Shown here one piece after another: positions 1 to 9,829 of a stretch of 64,000 bases of DNA (position 1 is the first letter of the stretch; every line of letters begins with the position of its first letter). The DNA is taken from IMG/VR virus record IMGVR_UViG_3300020469_003050, positions 186,001 to 250,000 of that record; one strand, written 5' to 3'. The notes under the pieces were generated by a model that had not been told where the DNA came from, did no database searches, and saw only the letters and a list, made by a program, of their open reading frames with translations. A program made the position numbers and the translations under genes.

Positions 1-1
1 T

Positions 2-79
2 GTCAGAATTCATCCTGACTAGTCCGACGGCAAACACTACGTTTGCAGTCTCAATCCCGTGTCGGCAACCCGACAAACG
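2..79 (-). ncRNA. Candidate structured non-coding RNA or UTR, truncated by the window edge
   Basis: Three adjacent hairpins in a GC-richer non-coding stretch: GTCAG/CTGAC (2-19), GCAAAC/GTTTGC (30-46, extendable to 26-50), TGTCGG/CCGACA (60-75). The first stem gains a G-U pair on the minus strand. Confidence 0.3.
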
Positions 80-161
80 ATTCCACTATGTATGCTGAGA
101 TATTAGTCATTCCCTTTTCCTATTCGCCGAGATATATATTAGATTGTATTAGTTTTATTAG

Positions 162-401
162 TTATAGTATTGGCATTCCTGCCTTTTTACTCATTTCAAA
201 ATTCTGGTCAATAATCTCATTCAGATGTTTGATATGATTCACTGGCATTTCATGAAGTTCTGAGATAGAAACCCCACCCCTCATGTACCAAGATAATTGT
301 AACAGATTCTTATGTACCTTGTCAAGTTCTTTTTCAAACTTTTTTTGTTTTTCTGCAATTTCTTCACCGCTGGCGGTTGCTAGCCAGCCTAGGAAAAATT
401 T
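162..401 (-). CDS. gp51-like tail/baseplate-hub assembly protein, probably made as a -1 frameshift extension of the upstream ORF
   Basis: Hand translation gives an open frame of 80 codons (...LLQLSWYMRGGVSISELHEMPVNHIKHLNEIIDQNFEMSKKAGMPIL*) beginning at slippery site A-AAT-TTT (401-395). It is missing from the ORF track. Confidence 0.65.
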   Translation of the reverse strand, partial: KFFLGWLATASGEEIAEKQKKFEKELDKVHKNLLQLSWYMRGGVSISELHEMPVNHIKHLNEIIDQNFEMSKKAGMPIL

Positions 402-1222
402 GCAGGATTAATCTCTATATTAACTTTTTGTACATGGTCGCATTCTGGACATTTAAATTCAAAATTGTTTAACGCTTCTGGCTTTTTAGCTATGTCTTTA
501 ACTCTTTTATCCATATTTGTAACTACTGATGTAGGAACATTAGCAAGAAATTCAATAATTTGTTTCTTGTCAGTGACCTCACCTTCTGGTGTTTCTATCT
601 TATCGATAGTCTCTGAAATCAAATCAACATTGTATTCAGCTACACGTTTGAAACTTTTGTAAAACTTTTTCGCAAGTTCCAACTCATCCTTATCATTAGT
701 AATATCATTTTTGACATTATTAACGATTCGCTGTTCTTCAAGCTGGATAAGAGCAACCCGTGTAACACTTTCTAGTGTTGGTGGTCTCATATGGATTGTT
801 AAATTTTCATATACTACAGGCTCAACCTTATTAATTTCAGGGAACTTGTTTAGTACAAAATCGATATCAATATTGAAATCATTCTTATTCTCACACTCTT
901 TACATGTATGAGTATATGTGAGATTACTACCGTTTGTTGCGTATTGAATAGCCATATAAAGTGCTTCTGCATCAATGTTGCATAATTTTCTTGCATCTTT
1001 GATACTAGGAACACAACTTTCTATTAAAGAAATCATTGCCTCACCATTAAGAAGTGCATCTGGATTACGCATTGTAATCTCATCGATAGCAGTCATAGGC
1101 ATAACGCCCACTTCTTCAATAATAGTTTGGTCTATTTCTGGGTTAAATTTACCTTTAGTTGGTAAACTAACATATATAGCTGGCTTTCTAAAGTACTTAG
1201 TTAGCGGGTTATCGGTCATCAT
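389..1222 (-). CDS. T4 gp26-like baseplate hub / tail assembly chaperone
   Basis: 277 aa; NPL..YFR.P.IYV.LP start, MTAIDEI motif, two CxxC pairs (CKEC, CPEC), ends NPANFS; next to the tape-measure candidate. Confidence 0.7.
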   Translation of the reverse strand: MMTDNPLTKYFRKPAIYVSLPTKGKFNPEIDQTIIEEVGVMPMTAIDEITMRNPDALLNGEAMISLIESCVPSIKDARKLCNIDAEALYMAIQYATNGSNLTYTHTCKECENKNDFNIDIDFVLNKFPEINKVEPVVYENLTIHMRPPTLESVTRVALIQLEEQRIVNNVKNDITNDKDELELAKKFYKSFKRVAEYNVDLISETIDKIETPEGEVTDKKQIIEFLANVPTSVVTNMDKRVKDIAKKPEALNNFEFKCPECDHVQKVNIEINPANFS

Positions 1223-1236
1223 TAATTCCTTGGATT

Positions 1237-1244
1237 GATAAATA
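1237..1244 (+). promoter_or_regulatory. T4-like late promoter (GATAAATA)
   Basis: Matches the T4 late -10 element TATAAATA at 7 of 8 positions; the same motif precedes most structural genes here. Confidence 0.6.
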
Positions 1245-1331
1245 CACTTATAATAAACTTTAAGTGGTTATATACGTATATTTAGATGTATTATAAACTA
1301 CGAAGTTTAACTTGTCAAGAGGTATTTTGTA

Positions 1332-3569
1332 ATGGCTGAAGGAAATGTGTATATTGAAGGTATTGATCCTTCGATCCCTGGTTGGGCAACCGAAACTACG
1401 ATGTCCCAAATACGCCAAATACTGGCTGGTTTAGCCGCAGACCAAGGCGCAACTAATAAAGCATTAGACCAAATGAAAAATAGTGAAGGTGGGGATGCCC
1501 AAAAAGCATATAAAGTTTTACATGATACATTGGGAGAAGTTAGACAACAAGGTGCTAAAGAACAAAAAGCTAACCAAGAAGAAAAGAATGATAGAACAAG
1601 GTTAGCTGGACAAAATACTAAAATAGCAGGATACTTTGAACAACTTATAAAACAAAGCGAAATATCAAATGAAATTGCCAGAAGTTCAGCCGAAAGAGAT
1701 AGAGAACAATTTATAAAGAAAACAACTGGTCAAAATCCAAATATCACAGAAGAAATGGCAGGTATGGAATTTGATAAAGAAAAACTTAAGAAAAACTTTG
1801 AAGATGTTAGTGCCGCAGTAGGAAAATCTGCAATCGGTATTTTAGCAAGTACAGGCATGATTAATAGTTTTATGGGCCAACAAACAGAAGACAGATTTAA
1901 TATGGCCCAAGAAATTAGACAGTCAGGTTTAATGGCAGGTTTTGATTCTGTGACTGCTAGTCTTTCAGAAATGTCTGGAATGATTAATGAAAATAACTTT
2001 ACTTTGGGTGAAGCGGCAGAATTTACAAAAAGATTTTCAAGGTCTGTTGGTATGGTAGGGGTAGAGGCTTCATTAAAGTTTGCTAACTCACTAACAAAAT
2101 CTCAGGAAGCAGGTGGTCTTGATTTAATGGGAAGATTTGGTCTTGAATTTGGTGAAGTAACATCAATGGCAGGAGAATACCTAGACTCATTAAGAAACAT
2201 GGGCATGCTTGATAGAATGAGTCAGCAACAATTACGTGACGGCATGGACGATTTTATGTCAGGTGTTTCTTCAACTGCAAACGTTTTAAAGATAAACATG
2301 GAAGATGCGGCTAAGATGATTTCACAAACTCTACAACGTGACGATGTAACATCAAGATTAGTTACTATGGATCCTAATAGAGCGGATGCTATTAGAGAAA
2401 CTATTGGCTCAGCAGGAATGTTAGAAGGTACATTAGGTCAAGCAGTTATCGAAAGAATGGCATCAGGAAGCCAAGGCGCATTTGTACGTGAACAAACATT
2501 CCAACAATTAAGTGGTACCGGTATTGGTAAAGAATTACTTCCAATAGTAGAACGACTTGCATTGGCAGGCGAACAAGGACCAGAAGCATTTCAAACTGCT
2601 ATTGCTGATTTATCTCCTGACATTGAGTCTATCATTGCAAGTGCAAGTACAGAAGGCAATCGTGCAGTTTTACAAACAGACCAATTTTTACAGTCAATGG
2701 TTGCAGACTTGTCTCGTCTTAGAGCAACAGTGGAAGATGCAGATGCAGGACCGGTAGCACCATCACAAGAAGATAAGGCTGTTTTACAAGGAATAGAAAA
2801 TAGAAGACAGGCTATTATTGGATTAGAAGATATATTCAATACACAAGTTAAAGGTTTTACGGATATATTAGGAGAAATGAACGCCGCCAACGCAGAATCA
2901 ATTAAAGAATTTAGAAGATTAGGAAATGAATTAGGACCAGTAGCAACTGTTATTACAGATTTATCTGGAACATTTGAGGTAATAAAAACAGATTTCTTTA
3001 CATCATTGGCAGGTATGGCCGCAGATATAAGTGCATGGTCTACAGAAAATCTTGGGATAAGGGATGAAAATCAAGACCAAAAAAATCTTGAAAACGAAAT
3101 TACATCCTCAGAAGCAACAAAGAATTTAACCGAAGGTAAAGGAAAACTCAGGGACGAGGATTCAGGTGTAATCACAGATAATAATAATCAAAATATATTC
3201 GACCAAATTATGAAAGGCTTAGAGGCAACTGGATCAAACCGGGACGAAAAAATTGCTAAAAGTACAGAAAAAATGGTTGAGTTGATGGGAATGTTTGATA
3301 ATGGTGATAGCATAGCAGACAGAGAGGCGCAGATGGTAGAATTCGCAAAAGTACTAGAGGTACTTTCGAAAACTGATGCGGCTCAAACTGAGGATGGAAA
3401 GAAAAATCTTGAAGCAATATATGAGGCTTTAACTAACATGGATACGAATATGGCTTCTTGGTTTAAGCCAAAATCTGTAGATGACCGTAATACGGCAGAA
3501 AACCAAGCAGAACAAAACGCTATACTGGTAGAATTACAAAAGCTAATAAATGCGTTAAATAACATATAA
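1332..3569 (+). CDS. Tape-measure-like protein
   Basis: 745 aa, Ala/Gly/Met/Gln-rich, helical-looking; lies between the tail chaperone and portal genes. Confidence 0.55.
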   Translation: MAEGNVYIEGIDPSIPGWATETTMSQIRQILAGLAADQGATNKALDQMKNSEGGDAQKAYKVLHDTLGEVRQQGAKEQKANQEEKNDRTRLAGQNTKIAGYFEQLIKQSEISNEIARSSAERDREQFIKKTTGQNPNITEEMAGMEFDKEKLKKNFEDVSAAVGKSAIGILASTGMINSFMGQQTEDRFNMAQEIRQSGLMAGFDSVTASLSEMSGMINENNFTLGEAAEFTKRFSRSVGMVGVEASLKFANSLTKSQEAGGLDLMGRFGLEFGEVTSMAGEYLDSLRNMGMLDRMSQQQLRDGMDDFMSGVSSTANVLKINMEDAAKMISQTLQRDDVTSRLVTMDPNRADAIRETIGSAGMLEGTLGQAVIERMASGSQGAFVREQTFQQLSGTGIGKELLPIVERLALAGEQGPEAFQTAIADLSPDIESIIASASTEGNRAVLQTDQFLQSMVADLSRLRATVEDADAGPVAPSQEDKAVLQGIENRRQAIIGLEDIFNTQVKGFTDILGEMNAANAESIKEFRRLGNELGPVATVITDLSGTFEVIKTDFFTSLAGMAADISAWSTENLGIRDENQDQKNLENEITSSEATKNLTEGKGKLRDEDSGVITDNNNQNIFDQIMKGLEATGSNRDEKIAKSTEKMVELMGMFDNGDSIADREAQMVEFAKVLEVLSKTDAAQTEDGKKNLEAIYEALTNMDTNMASWFKPKSVDDRNTAENQAEQNAILVELQKLINALNNI

Positions 3570-3579
3570 GGAAAGAGTA

Positions 3580-3608
3580 TTGACAACGATATCAAATTAT
3601 GATAGAAT
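3580..3608 (+). promoter_or_regulatory. sigma70-type promoter upstream of portal
   Basis: TTGACA-17 nt-TAGAAT with TG extended -10. Confidence 0.55.
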
Positions 3609-3627
3609 TAACTCTAAGGATTAAAAA

Positions 3628-5325
3628 ATGAGCTGGAAAAAATATTTTAAAACATACGACGGAATGCCAGAGAAAATGCCTGCATCGACAGGTACTGGTT
3701 ATGCCGGAGATGCAGACACAAAACGATATAGTAGTTGGTTACCTGAGGTTTATCAGGGACAACCTAATCGTGTTCAACGATATGGTCAATATGACCAAAT
3801 GGATTTAGATAGTGAAGTAAACACTGCGTTAGATACTATTGCAGAATTTTCTACACTAAAAAACGAACAATCTAAACTTCCATTTCATGTCGAATATAAT
3901 GAAGACCAAACTGAAACTGAAAATGACGTTATTCAAAAGTCATTAAGACAGTGGTGTGCAGTAAATAAACTTTCTAAAAGAATGTTTCGTATTTTCAGAA
4001 ATGCAGTAAAATACGGAGACCAAATGTTCATTCGTGATCCTGAAACATATAAACTTTTTTGGGTAGATCCAGCTAAAATCGAAAAAGTTATTGTGAACGA
4101 AGGTAAAGGAAAAAAGATTGAAGCATATTATATTAAAGATTTAGATATCAATCTGCAAAGTCTTAATATTACAGCCGATACAACTAAACTATTACAAACA
4201 CAAACAGGGTTAACAGGTGCACCTAACATCAATGCTAATACAACACAAGGCTTTGGTGGCGGAGCGGCAGGCGGAACACGTTTTGTTTCAGACCAAACTT
4301 CAACTCCTGTAGATGCTAAACACGTTGTACACGTTTCATTGAATGAAGGTATCGATGGCTTCTGGCCTTTTGGTAACTCAATTCTTGAACCAGTGTTCAA
4401 AGTTTACAAACAAAAAGAATTATTAGAAGATGCTATTCTGATTTATCGTGTTCAAAGAGCACCAGAACGTAGAGTATTCTATATCGATGTTGGTAACATG
4501 CCAACACACAAAGCAAGAGCCCACTTAGAACGTATTAAAAGTGAAATTCATCAAAGACGTATTCCAAGTAAAACAGGCGGTGGACAAAACATCGTTGATA
4601 GTGCATACAATCCACTATCTATTATGGAAGATTACTTCTTTGCTCAGACGGCTGAAGGTCGTGGTTCTAAAGTTGAGACACTACCAGGTGGTGAAAACTT
4701 AGGACAGATTGATGATTTAAAATACTTCAATGATAAGATGATGCGTGGACTTAGAGTCCCACCAAGCTATCTAGGTAGCTTAGACAGTGACGGTAACGGC
4801 TACAATGATGGTCGTGTAGGCACTGCATTCATTCAAGAATTTAGATTTACTAAGTTCTGTGAACGTTTACAAGCATTAGTATGTGAAGACTTAGACAGAG
4901 AGTTTAAGATGTTTATGAAACACAGAGGTGTGTTGATTGAAAGTTCTTTATTCGACTTGAAATTTAATCCTCCACAAAACTTTGGTAAGTATCGTCAAGC
5001 AGAAGTAGACCAAGTTATGATGAACGTATTTACTGCAATCGAAGGCGCAGATTATGTAAGTAAACGTTTTGCAATGAAACGTTTCTTAGGTTTATCAGAA
5101 GAAGAAATTATGATGAACGAAAAAATGTGGCATGAAGAAAAAGGCACTGGTGACCCACAAGATGCAGACGGACTTAAATCAGTAGGAGCAAGTGTTCCTG
5201 GTGGTGAGTTTGAAGGCGGCGAACCAGAGTTTGATGAAACAGATGCAGAAACAGATGAAGAAGGTTCACCAATAAGTGGCGCGGAAAATTCCGAAGAAGG
5301 CGAAGAAACGCCTATAAACGTATAA
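3628..5325 (+). CDS. gp20: Portal protein (T4 gp20-like)
   Basis: LLEDAILIYRVQRAPERRVFYIDVGNMP, EDYFF, GRGSKVETLPGGENLGQIDDLKYF motifs; acidic C-tail. Confidence 0.95.
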   Translation: MSWKKYFKTYDGMPEKMPASTGTGYAGDADTKRYSSWLPEVYQGQPNRVQRYGQYDQMDLDSEVNTALDTIAEFSTLKNEQSKLPFHVEYNEDQTETENDVIQKSLRQWCAVNKLSKRMFRIFRNAVKYGDQMFIRDPETYKLFWVDPAKIEKVIVNEGKGKKIEAYYIKDLDINLQSLNITADTTKLLQTQTGLTGAPNINANTTQGFGGGAAGGTRFVSDQTSTPVDAKHVVHVSLNEGIDGFWPFGNSILEPVFKVYKQKELLEDAILIYRVQRAPERRVFYIDVGNMPTHKARAHLERIKSEIHQRRIPSKTGGGQNIVDSAYNPLSIMEDYFFAQTAEGRGSKVETLPGGENLGQIDDLKYFNDKMMRGLRVPPSYLGSLDSDGNGYNDGRVGTAFIQEFRFTKFCERLQALVCEDLDREFKMFMKHRGVLIESSLFDLKFNPPQNFGKYRQAEVDQVMMNVFTAIEGADYVSKRFAMKRFLGLSEEEIMMNEKMWHEEKGTGDPQDADGLKSVGASVPGGEFEGGEPEFDETDAETDEEGSPISGAENSEEGEETPINV

Positions 5326-5328
5326 ATA
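5321..5328 (+). promoter_or_regulatory. Late promoter TATAAATA
   Basis: Exact T4 late consensus, overlapping the portal stop codon. Confidence 0.55.
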
Positions 5329-5351
5329 GATATAGTAAACGGAGTTTTTAA

Positions 5352-5570
5352 ATGAAGTATAGTGATATTACTGAAAACTATTCTCCCGATAGGGATGAAC
5401 ACAATAGTATAGAATTAGATGATACAAGAAAAAATCGTCTAACACTTACTCACCTTAACGACTTACGTAAGATGCGAGAGTACAGAAAAGTACAGAATTC
5501 AGAAGAAAAAGACAGACTAAAAACACAATATGGTGGTAGTTCTGAGGCATCTTCTGAGCCTGAATTATAA
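5352..5570 (+). CDS. Small head-associated protein
   Basis: 72 aa, GGAG RBS, DTRKNRLTLTHLNDLRKMRE; between portal and prohead-core genes; N-terminus MKYSDITE. Confidence 0.6.
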   Translation: MKYSDITENYSPDRDEHNSIELDDTRKNRLTLTHLNDLRKMREYRKVQNSEEKDRLKTQYGGSSEASSEPEL

Positions 5571-5714
5571 TACTTAAGTGTCAAATAATTGTTTGAAAAA
5601 GCAGTTATATATGTATATAAGTTAGATATGACCTTTGTTAAATAACTTATATCAGTAAAACCGGCTAAAAAATAGCCGTTTTTTACTATTTCCGTAATAA
5701 ACCCCAAAAACCTC

Positions 5715-5722
5715 TATAAATA
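5715..5722 (+). promoter_or_regulatory. Late promoter TATAAATA for the head operon
   Basis: Exact consensus upstream of the prohead core-gp21-gp22-gp23 run. Confidence 0.65.
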
Positions 5723-5813
5723 CATGTGAAACAAATAGAAGTGTTTCTACAACCTTGCCACATCAAACGACTTTAGTTTTTTTTGGCGATTATAGAAGAT
5801 AAGGAGACAAATT

Positions 5814-6740
5814 ATGTCAGACAGAAGTACATTAGAACAAGTACTAGAACTTCTAATCAATGAGGAAAAAGACGCCGCAGAAAACATGCTACACGATTTT
5901 ATCGTAGCAGAGGCTCGTAGGATCCACGAAGAACTTCTTAACGATAGTGATGAAGTTGTAGAAGAAGACCTTGAGGATATTGACGAATCTGAGGCCGAAA
6001 CTGACCAAGTTGAGGACAAAGAAGAAGTACAAGAAGTAGCATCAATCGAAGATGGCGAAGCTATCGAAGATGATACTGCTGAAATTGAAAATGAAGAATT
6101 CTATGATGCAGACGAATCAGACGAAGACGAAGCAGTTGCAGACCTAGAAATGGGTGATGCAGAAGCAGAGGCTCCGGCAGATGATATGGAAGCACGTGTA
6201 GACGACCTAGAGTCAAATCTAGCGGATCTTGAAGCGGAATTCGAAAAAATAATGTCAGGTGAAGGCGATGACATGGAAGACGAAGCTGATGAAGAAGAAA
6301 AAGCTGAGGACGACATGGAAGAAAACACTGAAATTGAAGTTGCAGAAGAAGACGCAACAGAAGGTTCAGATGAACTAGAACTTGATTTAGAAGAATCAGA
6401 AGACGAAGCAGAAGCAGACAAAGTAGAAGAAAAATCTACAGATGAAGAAGCAGATGAGAAGTTAGAAGAATATGTAACTCCAGCAACTGCCTCAGCAGGC
6501 GATGACGGCGATAAAGCGGCATCACCAGTTAATGCTAATGCAAAACGTCCTGGTGACGACTCAAATGCAAAACCAGTAGGCCAAAACGATGGTAACACAT
6601 CAGGCGGCAAAGGTGATGCACCAAAAGATATGTCAACAGGTAACGTAAACGTATCTGGAAACAGTAAAGCACCTGCTATGAAGTCAGAGAAGGCTTCTGA
6701 AGGTGATGGCGGCGCTAACACCAAGTCAGTTAGTAGCTAA
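5814..6740 (+). CDS. Highly acidic prohead core / scaffolding protein
   Basis: 308 aa, extremely Glu/Asp-rich, AAGGAG RBS, directly upstream of the prohead protease. Confidence 0.7.
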   Translation: MSDRSTLEQVLELLINEEKDAAENMLHDFIVAEARRIHEELLNDSDEVVEEDLEDIDESEAETDQVEDKEEVQEVASIEDGEAIEDDTAEIENEEFYDADESDEDEAVADLEMGDAEAEAPADDMEARVDDLESNLADLEAEFEKIMSGEGDDMEDEADEEEKAEDDMEENTEIEVAEEDATEGSDELELDLEESEDEAEADKVEEKSTDEEADEKLEEYVTPATASAGDDGDKAASPVNANAKRPGDDSNAKPVGQNDGNTSGGKGDAPKDMSTGNVNVSGNSKAPAMKSEKASEGDGGANTKSVSS

Positions 6741-6760
6741 TAAAACTTTGGAGAAAACCA

Positions 6761-7390
6761 ATGACCGTTCTTATTGAAAGATTATCTCACAAACAAGCGA
6801 ATGTGAAGTCACGTATCGTTGAAGGTGATGACGGTGGAAAAAACATGTTCATGGAAGGCATTTTCGTTCAAGGTAACGTAAAGAATGCTAACCAAAGGGT
6901 ATACCCTGTATCTGAAATTACTAGGGCTGTTGAATCAGTTCAAGCTAAAATCAGTGAAGGATTCCCGGTTTTAGGTGAATGTGACCATCCGCCAGAATTA
7001 ACCGTAAACGTTGACCGTGTTTCGCATATTATTGAAAGTATGTGGATGGATGGACCGAACGGATATGGTAAACTTAAAATTGTTCCTACACCCATGGGTA
7101 ACATTATCAGAACATTAATCGAATCAGGTGCCACGCTAGGTGTCTCATCTCGTGGTTCTGGTGAAGTTGGCAATAATGGGAATGTTAGCAATTTTGAGAT
7201 TGTCACAGTGGACATCGTAGCACAACCAAGTGCTCCGGATGCCTATCCGAAGGCAATCTACGAAGGTTTAATGAACATGCGTGGTGGTTTCCAAACTTGG
7301 CAACTAGCACAAAATGTACAAACAGACAAGGTCGCTCAAAAATACTTGTCAGAACAAATCGTTAAGTTCATTAATGAACTTAAACTATAA
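6761..7390 (+). CDS. gp21: Prohead core protease (T4 gp21-like)
   Basis: EGIFVQ..KNANQRVYP, LGECDHP, DRVSH, LGVSSRGSG, DIVAQPSAPDAYP motifs. Confidence 0.95.
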   Translation: MTVLIERLSHKQANVKSRIVEGDDGGKNMFMEGIFVQGNVKNANQRVYPVSEITRAVESVQAKISEGFPVLGECDHPPELTVNVDRVSHIIESMWMDGPNGYGKLKIVPTPMGNIIRTLIESGATLGVSSRGSGEVGNNGNVSNFEIVTVDIVAQPSAPDAYPKAIYEGLMNMRGGFQTWQLAQNVQTDKVAQKYLSEQIVKFINELKL

Positions 7391-7404
7391 CAGGAGAAGC
7401 AACA

Positions 7405-8523
7405 ATGGCAAACGAAATCCTTGCTAATCTTTTAGAGTCCGGAGCACTTTCCGAAGAGGCAGGCGCTCAGATTAAAGAGGCTTTAGAAGCAAAATTGAAT
7501 GAAGCAAGAGAGGAGATTACAGCCGAGTTGCGTGAGGAGTTCGCACAGAAGTTTGAACACGACAAATCAGTAATTGTTGAAGCAATGGACAACATGCTAA
7601 ACACAACAATTAAAACTGAAATGGAAGAGTTTAAAACAGACCGTGAGGCTCTTATCGCAGAACGAGTAGCATATAAGAAAGCAATTTCTGAACATGCTAA
7701 ACTCCTTGAAAAATTCATTGCATCTCGTTTGGCGACCGAAGTTAAAGAACTCAGAGCAGATAGGGCAAAAGTTAACGAAAATCTACAGGAAACTAAGAAA
7801 TTCGTTGTTAAACAACTTAGCCGTGAACTAGCTGAGTTCCACAACGATAAACGTGAATTAGTTAACACTAAAGTACGTTTAGTAGCAGAAGGTAAGAATA
7901 TTCTTAACAAGACCAAAGATTCGTTTATTAAACGTTCAGCGGAACTTGTTGAAAATACAATCAAGAATTCTTTACGTTCAGAAATGAAAAACTTAAAAGA
8001 AGATATCGTACAAGCTAAAGAAAACGAGTTTGGACGTAAGGTCTTTGAAGCATTTTCAGGTGAATTCATGGCTTCACAATTAAATGAAGGCACAGAAGTA
8101 GCTAAAGTGAACAAGAAACTTGACGAATCTGCTAATAAGGTTGCAGAACTTGAAAAAGTGATAGCTGATAAAGATGCAGACATTGAAGGCGCTAAGAAGG
8201 CTCAACGTATACTAGAAGACAAGATGAACAGAAAAGAAGTTCTATCAGGTTTACTAGCACCGTTAGGCAAAGAAAAAGCAACAGTAATGTCTGATTTATT
8301 GGAATCAGTAAAAACTTCAAATCTACAAACAGCATTCAAGAAATATCTACCGGCTGTTTTAGATGAAAAGAACGTTTCAACGAAAGAAGAAACACAAACA
8401 TTAACAGAAGGCAAAGTGACTGAAATTACTGGTGACCGTGAGGTAGCAACACACGTGGAATCACAGTCGTCAGGAAGCGATGCCGAAATTATTCAGCTTA
8501 AAAAATTAGCTGGATTAAATTAA
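7405..8523 (+). CDS. gp22: Prohead scaffolding protein (T4 gp22-like)
   Basis: 372-aa coiled coil between protease and capsid genes; ends IIQLKKLAGLN. Confidence 0.85.
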   Translation: MANEILANLLESGALSEEAGAQIKEALEAKLNEAREEITAELREEFAQKFEHDKSVIVEAMDNMLNTTIKTEMEEFKTDREALIAERVAYKKAISEHAKLLEKFIASRLATEVKELRADRAKVNENLQETKKFVVKQLSRELAEFHNDKRELVNTKVRLVAEGKNILNKTKDSFIKRSAELVENTIKNSLRSEMKNLKEDIVQAKENEFGRKVFEAFSGEFMASQLNEGTEVAKVNKKLDESANKVAELEKVIADKDADIEGAKKAQRILEDKMNRKEVLSGLLAPLGKEKATVMSDLLESVKTSNLQTAFKKYLPAVLDEKNVSTKEETQTLTEGKVTEITGDREVATHVESQSSGSDAEIIQLKKLAGLN

Positions 8524-8549
8524 CCAGGATAATATCAGGAGAATAAAAG

Positions 8550-9704
8550 ATGGAAAATCTTTTTGAAGGAAATAACTGGGACGGTACACGTGATGCTCTT
8601 TTAGAAGGTCTAGAAGGCACAAAACGTGACACAATGTCCGCAGTTTTAGAAAACACTAAAGTAGCACTTAATGAAAGTGCAACTGCTGGTGCAACACAGG
8701 CTGGTAACATCGCAACACTAAACAAAGTGATTCTACCAGTTATCCGTCGTGTAATGCCAACAGTTATCGCAAACGAAATCATCGGCGTACAGCCAATGAC
8801 TGGCCCAGTTGGCCAAATTCACACATTACGTGTACGTTACGCAGAAGCAAAAGCTGGCGTGGCGGCAGGTGATGAAGCACTAAGTCCATTTGAAATTGCT
8901 AACGCATATTCAGGTGACGCGGCAGGGGCTCCGGCTTCTACAGCATCACTAGAAGGTGAAGCAGGTTCAAAAATGTCAATTCAAGTGTTAAAACAAACTG
9001 TAGAAGCTAAAACAAGAAAGCTATCTGCACGTTGGACATTTGAAGCGGCTCAGGACGCTAACTCAATGCACGGTTTAGATATCGAAGCTGAAATCATGGC
9101 GGCATTAGCAATGGAAATCACTGCTGAAATCGACCAAGAAATCTTAGGTTCACTATCAAGCCTAGCAACAACTGGCGCTACATATGACATGTCAGCATCT
9201 TTCACAGGTACACCAACATTTATTGGTGACAGACATGCCGTTCTTGCGACATTAATTAACCAACAAGCTAACCTAGTTGCTCAACGTACTCGTAGAGGCG
9301 CGGCAAACTGGGCAGTTATCTCACCATCAGCACTAACAGTTCTACAATCTGCAACTACATCAGCATTTGCACGTACAACTGAAGGTACTTTTGAAGCACC
9401 AACAAATACTAAATTCGTAGGTACTCTAAACAGTACAATGAGAGTATATGTTAACACATATGCATCAAACGATGACGTATTACTTGGTTACAAAGGTCAA
9501 GGCGAAATCGATGCGGCGGCATTCTATTGTCCGTACGTACCGCTAATGTCTTCAGGCGTTGTGGTAGATCCAAGTTCATTCGAACCAGTAGTGTCATTCA
9601 TGACTCGTTACGGTTACGTTGAACTAACAAATACTGCATCATCTCTAGGTAATGCGGCAGACTACGTATCTAAAATCGCAGTCTCAAATCTATCTTTCGT
9701 ATAA
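8550..9704 (+). CDS. gp23: Major capsid protein (T4 gp23-like)
   Basis: IGVQPMTGPVGQIHTLR, VEAKTRKLSARWTFEAAQD, AFYCPYVPL, FMTRYG motifs. Confidence 0.97.
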   Translation: MENLFEGNNWDGTRDALLEGLEGTKRDTMSAVLENTKVALNESATAGATQAGNIATLNKVILPVIRRVMPTVIANEIIGVQPMTGPVGQIHTLRVRYAEAKAGVAAGDEALSPFEIANAYSGDAAGAPASTASLEGEAGSKMSIQVLKQTVEAKTRKLSARWTFEAAQDANSMHGLDIEAEIMAALAMEITAEIDQEILGSLSSLATTGATYDMSASFTGTPTFIGDRHAVLATLINQQANLVAQRTRRGAANWAVISPSALTVLQSATTSAFARTTEGTFEAPTNTKFVGTLNSTMRVYVNTYASNDDVLLGYKGQGEIDAAAFYCPYVPLMSSGVVVDPSSFEPVVSFMTRYGYVELTNTASSLGNAADYVSKIAVSNLSFV

Positions 9705-9727
9705 TTCGTTATACACAGATTACGAAG

Positions 9728-9756
9728 AAAGCCGGGATTTATTCCCGGCTTTTTTT
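9728..9756 (+). terminator. Rho-independent terminator
   Basis: AAAGCCGGGA-loop-TCCCGGCTTT followed by a T-run after the capsid gene. Confidence 0.85.
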
Positions 9757-9779
9757 ATGGCTAAAAAACCAAGAAATCT

Positions 9780-9787
9780 GATAAATA
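9780..9787 (+). promoter_or_regulatory. Late promoter GATAAATA
   Basis: Recurrent motif, 43 nt before the next start codon. Confidence 0.6.
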
Positions 9788-9829
9788 CAATTAAGATAAG
9801 AGACATAACCGTTTTGAGAGAGAATTCAC

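Noticed and set aside
43-237. 64-aa plus-strand ORF
   Set aside because: TTG start without RBS, antisense to the better-supported gp51-like frame and overlapping the hairpin region.
6101-8183. Long antisense ORFs (6101..6724, 7467..8183; likewise 39066..39755)
   Set aside because: Ser/Phe/Leu-rich mirror translations of Glu/Lys-rich sense genes, with no expression signals.
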